NCBI GenBank assembly: GCA_005878985.1
Contig: VBMA01000075.1
Span: 12,120-76,119 of the forward strand
Source of the DNA: Methanobacteriota archaeon
Lineage (GTDB): Archaea; Thermoplasmatota; Thermoplasmata; RBG-16-68-12
Reading direction: 5' to 3'
Length of the DNA: 64,000 nt
The translations under genes and the position numbers were made by a program. Positions 57,281-64,000 of the stretch are shown here, piece by piece. Each line of letters opens with the position of its first letter. Position 1 is the first letter of the stretch. The notes under the pieces were generated by a model. That model searched no databases. It was not told the DNA's origin and saw only the letters and a program-made list of their open reading frames with translations.

Positions 57281-57387
57281 GCCGGGGTCGCCTAGCCCGG
57301 TAGGGCGCGGCGCTGGAATCGGCGGCAGGCCGTCGCCAGCCACGCCGTGGTTGAAAGACCTCGGGAGTTCAAATCTCCCCCCCGGCG
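57281..57387 (+). tRNA. tRNA-Ser (GGA) with a ~23-nt intron at the canonical 37/38 position
   Basis: Manual fold: acceptor GCCGGGG/CCCCGGC+G, D-arm, anticodon stem CGGCG/CGCCG with loop CUGGAA[intron]A, long variable arm UGGUUGAAAGACCUC, and T-arm GGGAG-UUCAAAU-CUCCC. Confidence 0.7.
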
Positions 57388-57510
57388 TTCAGCTCTTTCG
57401 TCGGCGAGACCGATTGACTCCCTCTGGGAATTACCCGGGCCGGTTCGGTCGGCGCTGCGTCGCAATGTTGATGGGGTGTGAGGAGTGTCGCGTCGACCGA
57501 AAGCTCTCCG

Positions 57511-57690
57511 ATGAAACGGCTTCGATTTCTCTGGTGGACCTACGCCGTGCGCGGGACGGACTTCGCCTACGTGGAGGTGGAGAGCCGGTTTGGGTTGACA
57601 AGGGTCTACTCCTTGGGTCGTTGGGTCCTGGCGAGCCTGTTCGGCCTCAGCGTCATGACCGGGTTGGTCCTATCCATGTTCATACGGTAG
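57511..57690 (+). CDS. hypothetical small protein (59 aa, C-terminal TM)
   Basis: An ORF downstream of the tRNA with a hydrophobic C-terminus; weak support. Confidence 0.2.
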   Translation: MKRLRFLWWTYAVRGTDFAYVEVESRFGLTRVYSLGRWVLASLFGLSVMTGLVLSMFIR

Positions 57691-57826
57691 ATAGGAACAG
57701 GGAGTCCGTCCCTCCTAGTTCTGGGGACGAACTTTACGACTCTCCTCGCCGCTGGAATCGCATTCTTCGTCTGGTCGATGACTCCTTCGGGCTAGGTCAG
57801 CTCGGCCCGAAATCTTCGGTCCGCGT

Positions 57827-58888
57827 TCAGCTCGTTCGGTGGGATTCGGCGAGTTTCGCCTTCAAAGCTTGGATCGGCTTCAGGACCAGCGGGTCGACGC
57901 GTCGCAGCACCGCAAGGTACAGGCTCACGTAGTCGCCGAGATACAGCGTCCCGAGGAGGCGGCTCAACAGCGTCGGGCCCTCATCCTGGATCTGCTCGAC
58001 CTTCACCTTCTGCTTCATCAGGGAAACCGTGATGTCGAGTTGCCGGCGCATTTCCGGGGCCTCGTCGCGGTCCCGGAGGAGGATGGGTCGGTGGGTTCGA
58101 CTGCGCGGATCCTCCATCCATCCGACGAGCTCGTTGTGGTCTGCTTCGGGGAAGGCGGAGGAGAAGGCGAGGACCTTGGAGTTCTCGTTCAGTTGCGTCT
58201 GCCAACGTCTCGCGATCGCCGAGAATGGAGGTGCCGCGTACATGATGGGCACCGTGGGCTTGATGCGGACGGCGAGCGATTTCGCTCGGTTCGAGCGCAT
58301 GCCGCTCTCCGGACGAAGCCGCGTGCGGAGCTCCTTCAGGTGGGCCACGGCCCCGGCGAGTTCGTCCCCGCCCTCCGTGACCGTCCACTCCCTGCTGATC
58401 GCGGCGAGGGTTCCGAAGAGATGGCCGAACGCCCCTCGGGGCGGCAATCCCGTCGGGATTCGAAACGTCGAGAAGTCATTCTTCCGCGCGAGCTCCGCCA
58501 GCGTCCCGCCGGACGTGATCGCAATCGCCCGGCACCCGAGCTTGATTCCCTGAGCCGTCGCGGCCAGCGTCTCTTCTGTGTTTCCGGAATACGACACTGC
58601 CACGAGGAGATCCTCCGATCGCGCGTACGACGGAAGACGGTAGTCACGGACGACCTGAATCGGAACCTTGGAGCGGTCGGCGGCCCACGCCGCGAACACA
58701 TCGCCCGCGATTGCGGAACCTCCCATTCCGACCAGGAAAATGCGCTGGGCTTCCTCCACGGGGAAGCGAGCCTTGGCGCTCGACCGTGTAGCCGCGGAGA
58801 TTTGGTCCGGGAGGGAGGCGATGATGTCCCGCATCCCACCCGGATCGACTTGCGCGACAGCTCGTGGTTCCAACATCGTGGGCCGCAT
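57827..58888 (-). CDS. pgi: bifunctional phosphoglucose/phosphomannose isomerase (SIS domains)
   Basis: Tandem SIS domains (FLVGMGGSAIAGDV; SYSGNTEETL), the archaeal PGI/PMI family. The start is probably an internal Met at 58876-58888. Confidence 0.7.
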   Translation of the reverse strand: MRPTMLEPRAVAQVDPGGMRDIIASLPDQISAATRSSAKARFPVEEAQRIFLVGMGGSAIAGDVFAAWAADRSKVPIQVVRDYRLPSYARSEDLLVAVSYSGNTEETLAATAQGIKLGCRAIAITSGGTLAELARKNDFSTFRIPTGLPPRGAFGHLFGTLAAISREWTVTEGGDELAGAVAHLKELRTRLRPESGMRSNRAKSLAVRIKPTVPIMYAAPPFSAIARRWQTQLNENSKVLAFSSAFPEADHNELVGWMEDPRSRTHRPILLRDRDEAPEMRRQLDITVSLMKQKVKVEQIQDEGPTLLSRLLGTLYLGDYVSLYLAVLRRVDPLVLKPIQALKAKLAESHRTS

Positions 58889-58928
58889 GGGACCGCTCAA
58901 AATAAGGCCTCCGTCCCTCCGAGTGAAA

Positions 58929-58942
58929 ACCAATAAATTGGT
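58929..58942. repeat. perfect palindrome ACCAATAAATTGGT in the pgi/ribB divergent intergenic region
   Basis: 6-bp arms with a 2-nt centre; AT-rich. Confidence 0.35.
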
Positions 58943-58955
58943 TCCTACAACAATC

Positions 58956-58963
58956 TTGATATA
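58956..58963 (+). promoter_or_regulatory. TATA box (TTGATATA), possibly bidirectional for ribB and pgi
   Basis: ~25 nt upstream of the ribB GTG; its reverse complement TATATCAA is also TATA-like for the divergent pgi. Confidence 0.4.
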
Positions 58964-58986
58964 CGCCGCCCAGCTCCTCAGAATTC

Positions 58987-59682
58987 GTGGAACTCGAACG
59001 CGCGCTCGCCGCCCTGCGGCGCGGGGAGTTCATCCTCGTGTACGACGGCGACGGCCGTGAAGAGGAGACGGACCTCACGATCGCCAGCGAGTTCGTGAAG
59101 CCCGGTTCGGTCCGTACCTTGCGAAAGGAAGCCGGCGGCCTGATTTGCACGACCCTCTCCGGGGAGGTCCGCGAGCGGATCGGCCTCCCATTCATGGCGG
59201 ACGTGCTCCGGCGGTCCGGATCCGCGTACCCGGTCCTCGACGCGATCTCGAAGGAGGACATGAAGTACGATCGGCACAGCGCTTTCTCGATCTCCGTCAA
59301 TCATCGAGACACGTTCACCGGCGTGACGGACGTGGACCGGGCGCAGACGATCTCGCGTTTCGCGGCGATCGCGAAGGAAGCGACGAAGCGGGAGAACGGA
59401 TGGGCGGCCCATGTCTTCGCGGACGAATTCCGGTCTCCGGGCCACGTGCCCCTCTTGAACGCCGTGGATCCGCTCCTCGTCGATCGACGGGGTCACACGG
59501 AGCTCACGACGGCCCTCGTGCTCATGGCCGGACTCGCGCCCACGGCGACCATCTGCGAAATGATGGCGGACGACGGACGAGCTCTCTCGAAGCAAGATGC
59601 AAAGGCATATGCTCGGGCGAGGAATCTCGTGTTCCTGGAAGGGCAGGACATCGTCCGAGCGTGGCGTTCGTGGTCCGTGTAA
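58987..59682 (+). CDS. ribB: 3,4-dihydroxy-2-butanone 4-phosphate synthase
   Basis: ILVYDGDGREEETDLTIASEFV is the RibB signature; GTG start. Confidence 0.85.
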   Translation: MELERALAALRRGEFILVYDGDGREEETDLTIASEFVKPGSVRTLRKEAGGLICTTLSGEVRERIGLPFMADVLRRSGSAYPVLDAISKEDMKYDRHSAFSISVNHRDTFTGVTDVDRAQTISRFAAIAKEATKRENGWAAHVFADEFRSPGHVPLLNAVDPLLVDRRGHTELTTALVLMAGLAPTATICEMMADDGRALSKQDAKAYARARNLVFLEGQDIVRAWRSWSV

Positions 59683-60173
59683 TGGCGACGGGGGTCTTCG
59701 ATCTCCTCCATCCCGGTCATGTGTATTTCCTCCGCGAGGCCCGAGCGCTCGGCGACGAGCTCTGGGTCGTCGTCGCGAGGGACAGCACCGCTCGTAAGTT
59801 CAAGCACGAGCCGATCATGCCGGAGGCGGCCCGGTTCCAGATGGTCGAGGCGCTCAAGCCGGTCGACCGCGCGGTCCTGGGCCACGAAGGCAACATCTAC
59901 GACATCCTCGACGAGATCCGGCCGGACATCATCGCGATCGGGTACGACCAGGTGCACAGCGAGGAACGGATCCTCGCGGAGTGCCGCAAGCGCGGCCTCG
60001 CGACGAAGGTGCTCCGGCTCCCGAAGTTCGAAGGCGACCTCGTCGGCACTCGGAAGATCGTGAGGAAGGTGGCGGAATGGCTCGCGCTTCAAGAACGACT
60101 CACCAAGGTCGAACGGGGAGCCGCCCGGCGCGCCGCGGACCCGCCTCCTCGGCGGCGAAAGCGAAACGCGTGA
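59682..60173 (+). CDS. ribL: FAD synthetase, archaeal CTP-dependent cytidylyltransferase type (RibL-like)
   Basis: MATGVFDLLHPGHVYFL is the nucleotidyltransferase H-x-G-H motif; sits inside the rib operon. Confidence 0.65.
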   Translation: MATGVFDLLHPGHVYFLREARALGDELWVVVARDSTARKFKHEPIMPEAARFQMVEALKPVDRAVLGHEGNIYDILDEIRPDIIAIGYDQVHSEERILAECRKRGLATKVLRLPKFEGDLVGTRKIVRKVAEWLALQERLTKVERGAARRAADPPPRRRKRNA

Positions 60174-60643
60174 AACGGATCGGGATCGTCGACACGTCGT
60201 TCTCCCGGTACGACATGGCGGCCGCGGCGATCGACGAACTCCGGAAGCAGGGCGGCGGCTTCGCGGTCGAGCGGTACACGGTCCCCGGCATCAAGGACCT
60301 CGCGGCCGGTGCGCGGATCCTGTTCGACCGCGGTTGCGATCTCGTCCTGGCGCTCGGCATGGTCGGACGACAACCGGTCGACAAGGACTGCGCCCTCGCG
60401 GCCGACTTCGGCCTCCAGGCGGTGCAGGCCCAGGTGGGCAAGCACATCCTCGGCGTCATGGTGCACGAGGAAGAGACCGCGGACGAGGCCGAGCTCGCGA
60501 CCCTGTTCGACCGACGAACCCGCGAGCACGCGGTCAACGCATACGACCTCCTTTTCCGACCGCACGCGATCCAGGCGCGGGCCGGGACGGGTCAGCGGGA
60601 AGGATTCGCCGACGCAGGCCCACTCAAGGTGACGCGGACGTGA
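60170..60643 (+). CDS. ribC: archaeal-type riboflavin synthase
   Basis: IGIVDTSFSRYDMAAAAI...VPGIKDLAAGA matches the M. jannaschii-type riboflavin synthase (recalled VGIVDTTFARVDMA). GTG start overlaps the ribL stop. Confidence 0.7.
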   Translation: MKRIGIVDTSFSRYDMAAAAIDELRKQGGGFAVERYTVPGIKDLAAGARILFDRGCDLVLALGMVGRQPVDKDCALAADFGLQAVQAQVGKHILGVMVHEEETADEAELATLFDRRTREHAVNAYDLLFRPHAIQARAGTGQREGFADAGPLKVTRT

Positions 60644-61047
60644 GACTCGCGATCGTCGCCGCGGAATTCAACGGCGAGGTCACGGACGTGATGGTGAAGC
60701 GAGCCCTGGCCCGGGCCGACGCGCGCGGCGTTCGCGTGACGTCAGTCGTGCGGGTGCCCGGCGTCTTCGAGATTCCGCCCGCCATCGAGCGGCTCCTCGA
60801 GCGTGCGGACGTCGATGCGGCCGTCGCGATCGGCGCGGTCATCAAAGGCGAGACGCTCCACGACGAGGCCCTCATGGCCGCGGTGCCGAAAGCGCTCCTC
60901 GATATCGAGCGGGCGACTCGCAAGCCGATCGGCCTCGGCATCACCGGTCCCGGCATGACGGACGATCAGGCGATGGCCCGCGTCGACAAGGGCGCCGAGG
61001 CCGTCGACGTGGCCCTCGCGATGTACGAGCTGCTTCGGGGCTTGTGA
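60640..61047 (+). CDS. ribH: 6,7-dimethyl-8-ribityllumazine synthase
   Basis: RLAIVAAEFNGEVTDVMV...VPGVFEIP is the lumazine synthase signature. Confidence 0.8.
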   Translation: MRLAIVAAEFNGEVTDVMVKRALARADARGVRVTSVVRVPGVFEIPPAIERLLERADVDAAVAIGAVIKGETLHDEALMAAVPKALLDIERATRKPIGLGITGPGMTDDQAMARVDKGAEAVDVALAMYELLRGL

Positions 61048-61125
61048 CGATTTTCCCCTTGAGAGCCAGGCCGGAAAGGTTTAATCCGGCAACCGTTCCA
61101 TCCGGACCGAACCGGAGCACACGCC

Positions 61126-61485
61126 ATGGTCGATACGACCGCCCTCGAGTCAATTCTTCACGAAATCGAACAGAACGAGGGCGTGCAAGAGGCGATGCTC
61201 GTTTCCTTGGCGGGCACGTATCTCGGGGGCAGCTTCCCTCGTGGCGTCCACGTCGACACCTTCGGATCGATGTTCGCGGTCCTCGTCGGCTCCGCTGAGA
61301 CGGTGACCGCGGAGGCCAGGGACTCGCTGGAGTCCGTCGTGATCCATTCGAAGTCGAACAAGTACCTCATCATCCACGCCGGCCGCAAGGCCCTGCTCGT
61401 GATGCGGCTTCCTCCAGCGGCGGATCCGCTCAAGACGAAAATGGCGGTCGAGAAGTACGTCCCGCGGATCGAGGAACATCTCTGA
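61126..61485 (+). CDS. Roadblock/LC7-domain protein (MglB-like)
   Basis: ~120 aa matching the Roadblock fold pattern (GVQEAMLVSLAGTYLGG...). Confidence 0.55.
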   Translation: MVDTTALESILHEIEQNEGVQEAMLVSLAGTYLGGSFPRGVHVDTFGSMFAVLVGSAETVTAEARDSLESVVIHSKSNKYLIIHAGRKALLVMRLPPAADPLKTKMAVEKYVPRIEEHL

Positions 61486-62148
61486 CTAGATCCGTCGCAT
61501 CCCGCGGAGCATCCACTCGCCGACCGCCTTCGTGACGTATCGTGCGGTCGCCGCGGGACCGCGATCGAGTCCCTGCGCCGATGTGCGACCCTGGGCGAGG
61601 AGCTGGAGCACGTCGTCCACGCCAACCGCGCCGGCATCGACGGCCGTCACGGCCTTTGCGACCTCATCGAGGAAGTGGCTGTCGCTCCCTCCTGTCTCAC
61701 CGAGCTTCCGTTCTCGGGCCCATGCGCGGGCGCGGACGTTCCCTCGTCGGAGGGTCCGGCCGTTGCACGTCTCGTAGGCCGGGAACGCGGCTTCGGCGAC
61801 CGCCGCCGGACCGAGCCCCGACCAGAATCGGAATGGGTGGGCCGCGACGGGGACGCCGCCCAGCGCGACGATTCGTTCCGCAGTCTCCGACACGGACAGG
61901 TCCCGTGGGACGATTTCGCGGATTCCGTACCCGAGCACATGGCCGGATTTCGTGGAGACTTCGATCGCCGGGATCACCAGGAATTCGCGGCCCGCCGCCT
62001 GCTCGGCCGCGGCGATGCCGCCGACGGAATTGTGATCCGTAATCGCGATCCCCACCAGCCGAATCTTCCGCGCGAGCTCCACGAGCGCCGCCGGATCCAC
62101 GCGGGAATCTGGGGAGTAGCGTGTGTGGTTGTGGAGGTCGAGGAGCAC
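61486..62148 (-). CDS. PHP-domain metal-dependent phosphoesterase
   Basis: MLLDLHNHTRYSPDS and AITDHN PHP motifs. Confidence 0.6.
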   Translation of the reverse strand: MLLDLHNHTRYSPDSRVDPAALVELARKIRLVGIAITDHNSVGGIAAAEQAAGREFLVIPAIEVSTKSGHVLGYGIREIVPRDLSVSETAERIVALGGVPVAAHPFRFWSGLGPAAVAEAAFPAYETCNGRTLRRGNVRARAWARERKLGETGGSDSHFLDEVAKAVTAVDAGAVGVDDVLQLLAQGRTSAQGLDRGPAATARYVTKAVGEWMLRGMRRI

Positions 62149-62213
62149 GGAGTTGGCCGCACGGGGGACCCTTCGCTTAAAGGCTTGCGCCCGGGCATTC
62201 CCGGCGAGCGCTT

Positions 62214-62669
62214 ATGCAGTCCGGCTCCGATGTCGAGAACGTGATCGTCGAGTCGAAGCTCGGAATCCTGCGGGACCGGGTCCTCGTCGACGGGCGCGAA
62301 TTCGCGGTTCAACGGGGCCGGCACGGGTGGCGCTCCGTCCCGGGCTCTCGGGAAGGAATCGGGCGCGTCCGCTACGACGGATGGCGGGATCGACTGTCGA
62401 TCCAATCGCCGATTGGCTCCATCGAGATTCGGTTCCGTTGGCGTCACACGACGTTCGCGTGGCGCGGGCGTGTCTACCGCGTCGGTTCGATGCTCGGCAA
62501 TCGCGTGACGCTCTTCCTCGGTGACCGGCCCGTCGCGGTCGGCAAGATCACGTGGAGCGGGGTTCGGTTCGAGATGATGGACCCGGAGCTCCGCGACATC
62601 GAACGCGAGCTTGCGGTGGGATTCGGCCTTCGGTCCCAAGCGATCGCGATGGCGGTCGCCATTCATTGA
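62214..62669 (+). CDS. hypothetical protein
   Basis: 151-aa ORF, beta-rich, no recognisable family. Confidence 0.35.
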   Translation: MQSGSDVENVIVESKLGILRDRVLVDGREFAVQRGRHGWRSVPGSREGIGRVRYDGWRDRLSIQSPIGSIEIRFRWRHTTFAWRGRVYRVGSMLGNRVTLFLGDRPVAVGKITWSGVRFEMMDPELRDIERELAVGFGLRSQAIAMAVAIH

Positions 62670-62673
62670 TCGC

Positions 62674-64000
62674 TTAGTGGACCCACGTTCCCTGTTTCAG
62701 TGCCTTGTCGACTCTCAGTGGGTTCCCGCCCACCGCCAGCTGGATTGGCGTTTCGGCGCCTCCGCGACCGAGGAACAGGACGCTGCCCCCGGGTCCGACC
62801 TGGAGTTGGTACTTCTGGAACTCGGAGAAGGGCAGGACCGGCGCCCCTTTTTCGCCCAGGACCTGCGACCCCACCGGGGATTGGTCGGGCGGCAGCACGA
62901 GGCCAACGTCCGCCTTGTCTTCACCGGCCAGGAGCATTCCGCGGCTCTCGATTCCGCGGAGCTTGGCGGGCTCCAAGTTTACGAGGACGACAATTTTCCG
63001 ACCACGAAGTTGGTCCTTCGAGTAGTTCTTCCGGATTCCCGCAACGATCTGTCGTGTCTCTCCCCCGAGGTCTACGTTGAGGACGTACAGATTGTCGGCG
63101 TTCGGGTGTTCTTGTACATCCACAATTTGCGCGACGCGAAGATCGAGGCGGTCCGCGGGGCTCTCCTTCGCCTCGCTGAGGTCAATCTTTGCGAACAGCG
63201 GCTTGCCGACCCGGAGCGTCTGGCCCGCGGGGACGTCCTCGAGGGCCTGATCCCAGCGTTCGGCATGGACGTCCGTGTCGTATCCGAGCGCCCGCCAGAG
63301 CCGCGTCGAGCTGAACGGAAGGAACGGAGCCATGAGGATGGCCAGGGAGCGGCTCACCCGCAAGGCGACGTGGAGCACGGTCCCGCAGGCCTCGCGGTCT
63401 TTCTTGATGAGATCCCAGGGCGCCTTCGCATCGAAATATTGGTTGCCCAACCGGGCGAGCTGGATCGTGTCTTTCATCCCGTCCTTCAGGTGGACGTACT
63501 CGAGGTTCTGGCCGACCTTCTTCCATTGTTGCTCGACCGCGCGGATCATCCGCTTGTCGGCGGCATCGAGGAAGCCCGCGGGCGGGACGGCATGGTTGAA
63601 ATTCTTGTCGGCGAAGGTCAGGGCGCGGTGCACGAAATTTCCGTACACCGCGAGGAGCTCGCTGTTGTTCCGCTGCGCGAAGTCCTCCCACTCGAACTCC
63701 GTGTCCTTGGTCTCCGGCATCGTGGCGACCCCGTAGTACCGGAGCTGGTCCGGATCGAACCGCTCGAGGAGGTCGGAGAGCCACACGCCCTTCCCGCGGC
63801 CCGCGCTCATCTTCTCGCCGGAGAAGTTCAGGTATTGTGTGGCCGGCACGTCGTAGGGCAGGTCGAGCTTCGCATCGTAGCCGAGCAGGATCGCCGGCCA
63901 GATGATCGTGTGGAACACGATGTTGTCCTTCCCGATGAAATAGTAGTGGCGGGCCTTCGGATCGAACCAGAAGTCCTTCCATCCGTCGGGCGTGTTGCGG
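62674..64000 (-). CDS. metG: methionyl-tRNA synthetase, C-terminal part (gene continues past the window end)
   Basis: Anticodon-binding region plus a C-terminal EMAP/Trbp111-like tRNA-binding domain (KIVVLVNLEPAKLRGIESRGMLLA). Confidence 0.8.
   Translation of the reverse strand, partial: RNTPDGWKDFWFDPKARHYYFIGKDNIVFHTIIWPAILLGYDAKLDLPYDVPATQYLNFSGEKMSAGRGKGVWLSDLLERFDPDQLRYYGVATMPETKDTEFEWEDFAQRNNSELLAVYGNFVHRALTFADKNFNHAVPPAGFLDAADKRMIRAVEQQWKKVGQNLEYVHLKDGMKDTIQLARLGNQYFDAKAPWDLIKKDREACGTVLHVALRVSRSLAILMAPFLPFSSTRLWRALGYDTDVHAERWDQALEDVPAGQTLRVGKPLFAKIDLSEAKESPADRLDLRVAQIVDVQEHPNADNLYVLNVDLGGETRQIVAGIRKNYSKDQLRGRKIVVLVNLEPAKLRGIESRGMLLAGEDKADVGLVLPPDQSPVGSQVLGEKGAPVLPFSEFQKYQLQVGPGGSVLFLGRGGAETPIQLAVGGNPLRVDKALKQGTWVH

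Noticed and set aside
57351-57932. A 193-aa plus-strand ORF downstream of tRNA-Ser
   Set aside because: Its low-complexity R/G/P-rich translation overlaps the pgi gene on the other strand. Only the short 57511..57690 sub-ORF has any membrane-like character, and even that is weak.
1-64000. A search for CRISPR arrays, rRNA genes, transposases, integrases and prophage or defence islands
   Set aside because: No spaced direct repeats, no IS-like ORFs and no integrase next to either tRNA were found. Gene content is housekeeping throughout, so there is no evidence of a mobile or defence island.

Overview
A high-GC (~65%) archaeal chromosomal segment, mostly housekeeping genes. TATA-binding protein, S17e, L37ae, RpoP, Rpp21/Pop5, SBDS and intron-containing tRNAs all point to an archaeon; a Thermoplasmata-like euryarchaeon is inferred only from an ATL-EndoV fusion plus FtsZ. 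Recognisable blocks, in order: leuCDB; an ABC-2 exporter operon; a dispersed 2-oxoacid dehydrogenase system with two E1-alpha paralogs, a TPR gene and lipA/lipB, interleaved with a V4R gene and fixX/fixC/etfB/etfA; a DNA ligase between EamA transporters; beta-oxidation genes (hbd, crotonase); a second ABC-2 operon; secreted and surface proteins; tbp; panE; an ATL-endonuclease V fusion; rnhB; an initiator tRNA-Met; two KaiC-like ATPases upstream of ftsZ; the archaeal exosome/proteasome superoperon (pop5, psmA, SBDS, rrp4/41/42, L37ae, rpoP, pcc1, prefoldin beta, DUF106, cmk, cbf5, M48 protease); tRNA-Ser; pgi; the archaeal riboflavin operon; and a partial metG. No rRNA, CRISPR array or mobile element was found. 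The most notable observations are an initiator tRNA-Met that appears to carry two introns (positions 37/38 and in the T-loop), a CBS-domain protein fused to a RaiA/HPF-like ribosome-hibernation fold, a 12-aa poly-lysine micro-ORF with its own TATA box and Shine-Dalgarno sequence, and tandem KaiC-like ATPases immediately upstream of ftsZ. Many of the long ORFs in the supplied track are antisense artefacts of the high GC content and were ignored. Coordinates for features absent from the ORF track (tRNAs, TATA boxes, small ORFs, palindromes) were hand-indexed and may be off by 1-2 nt.
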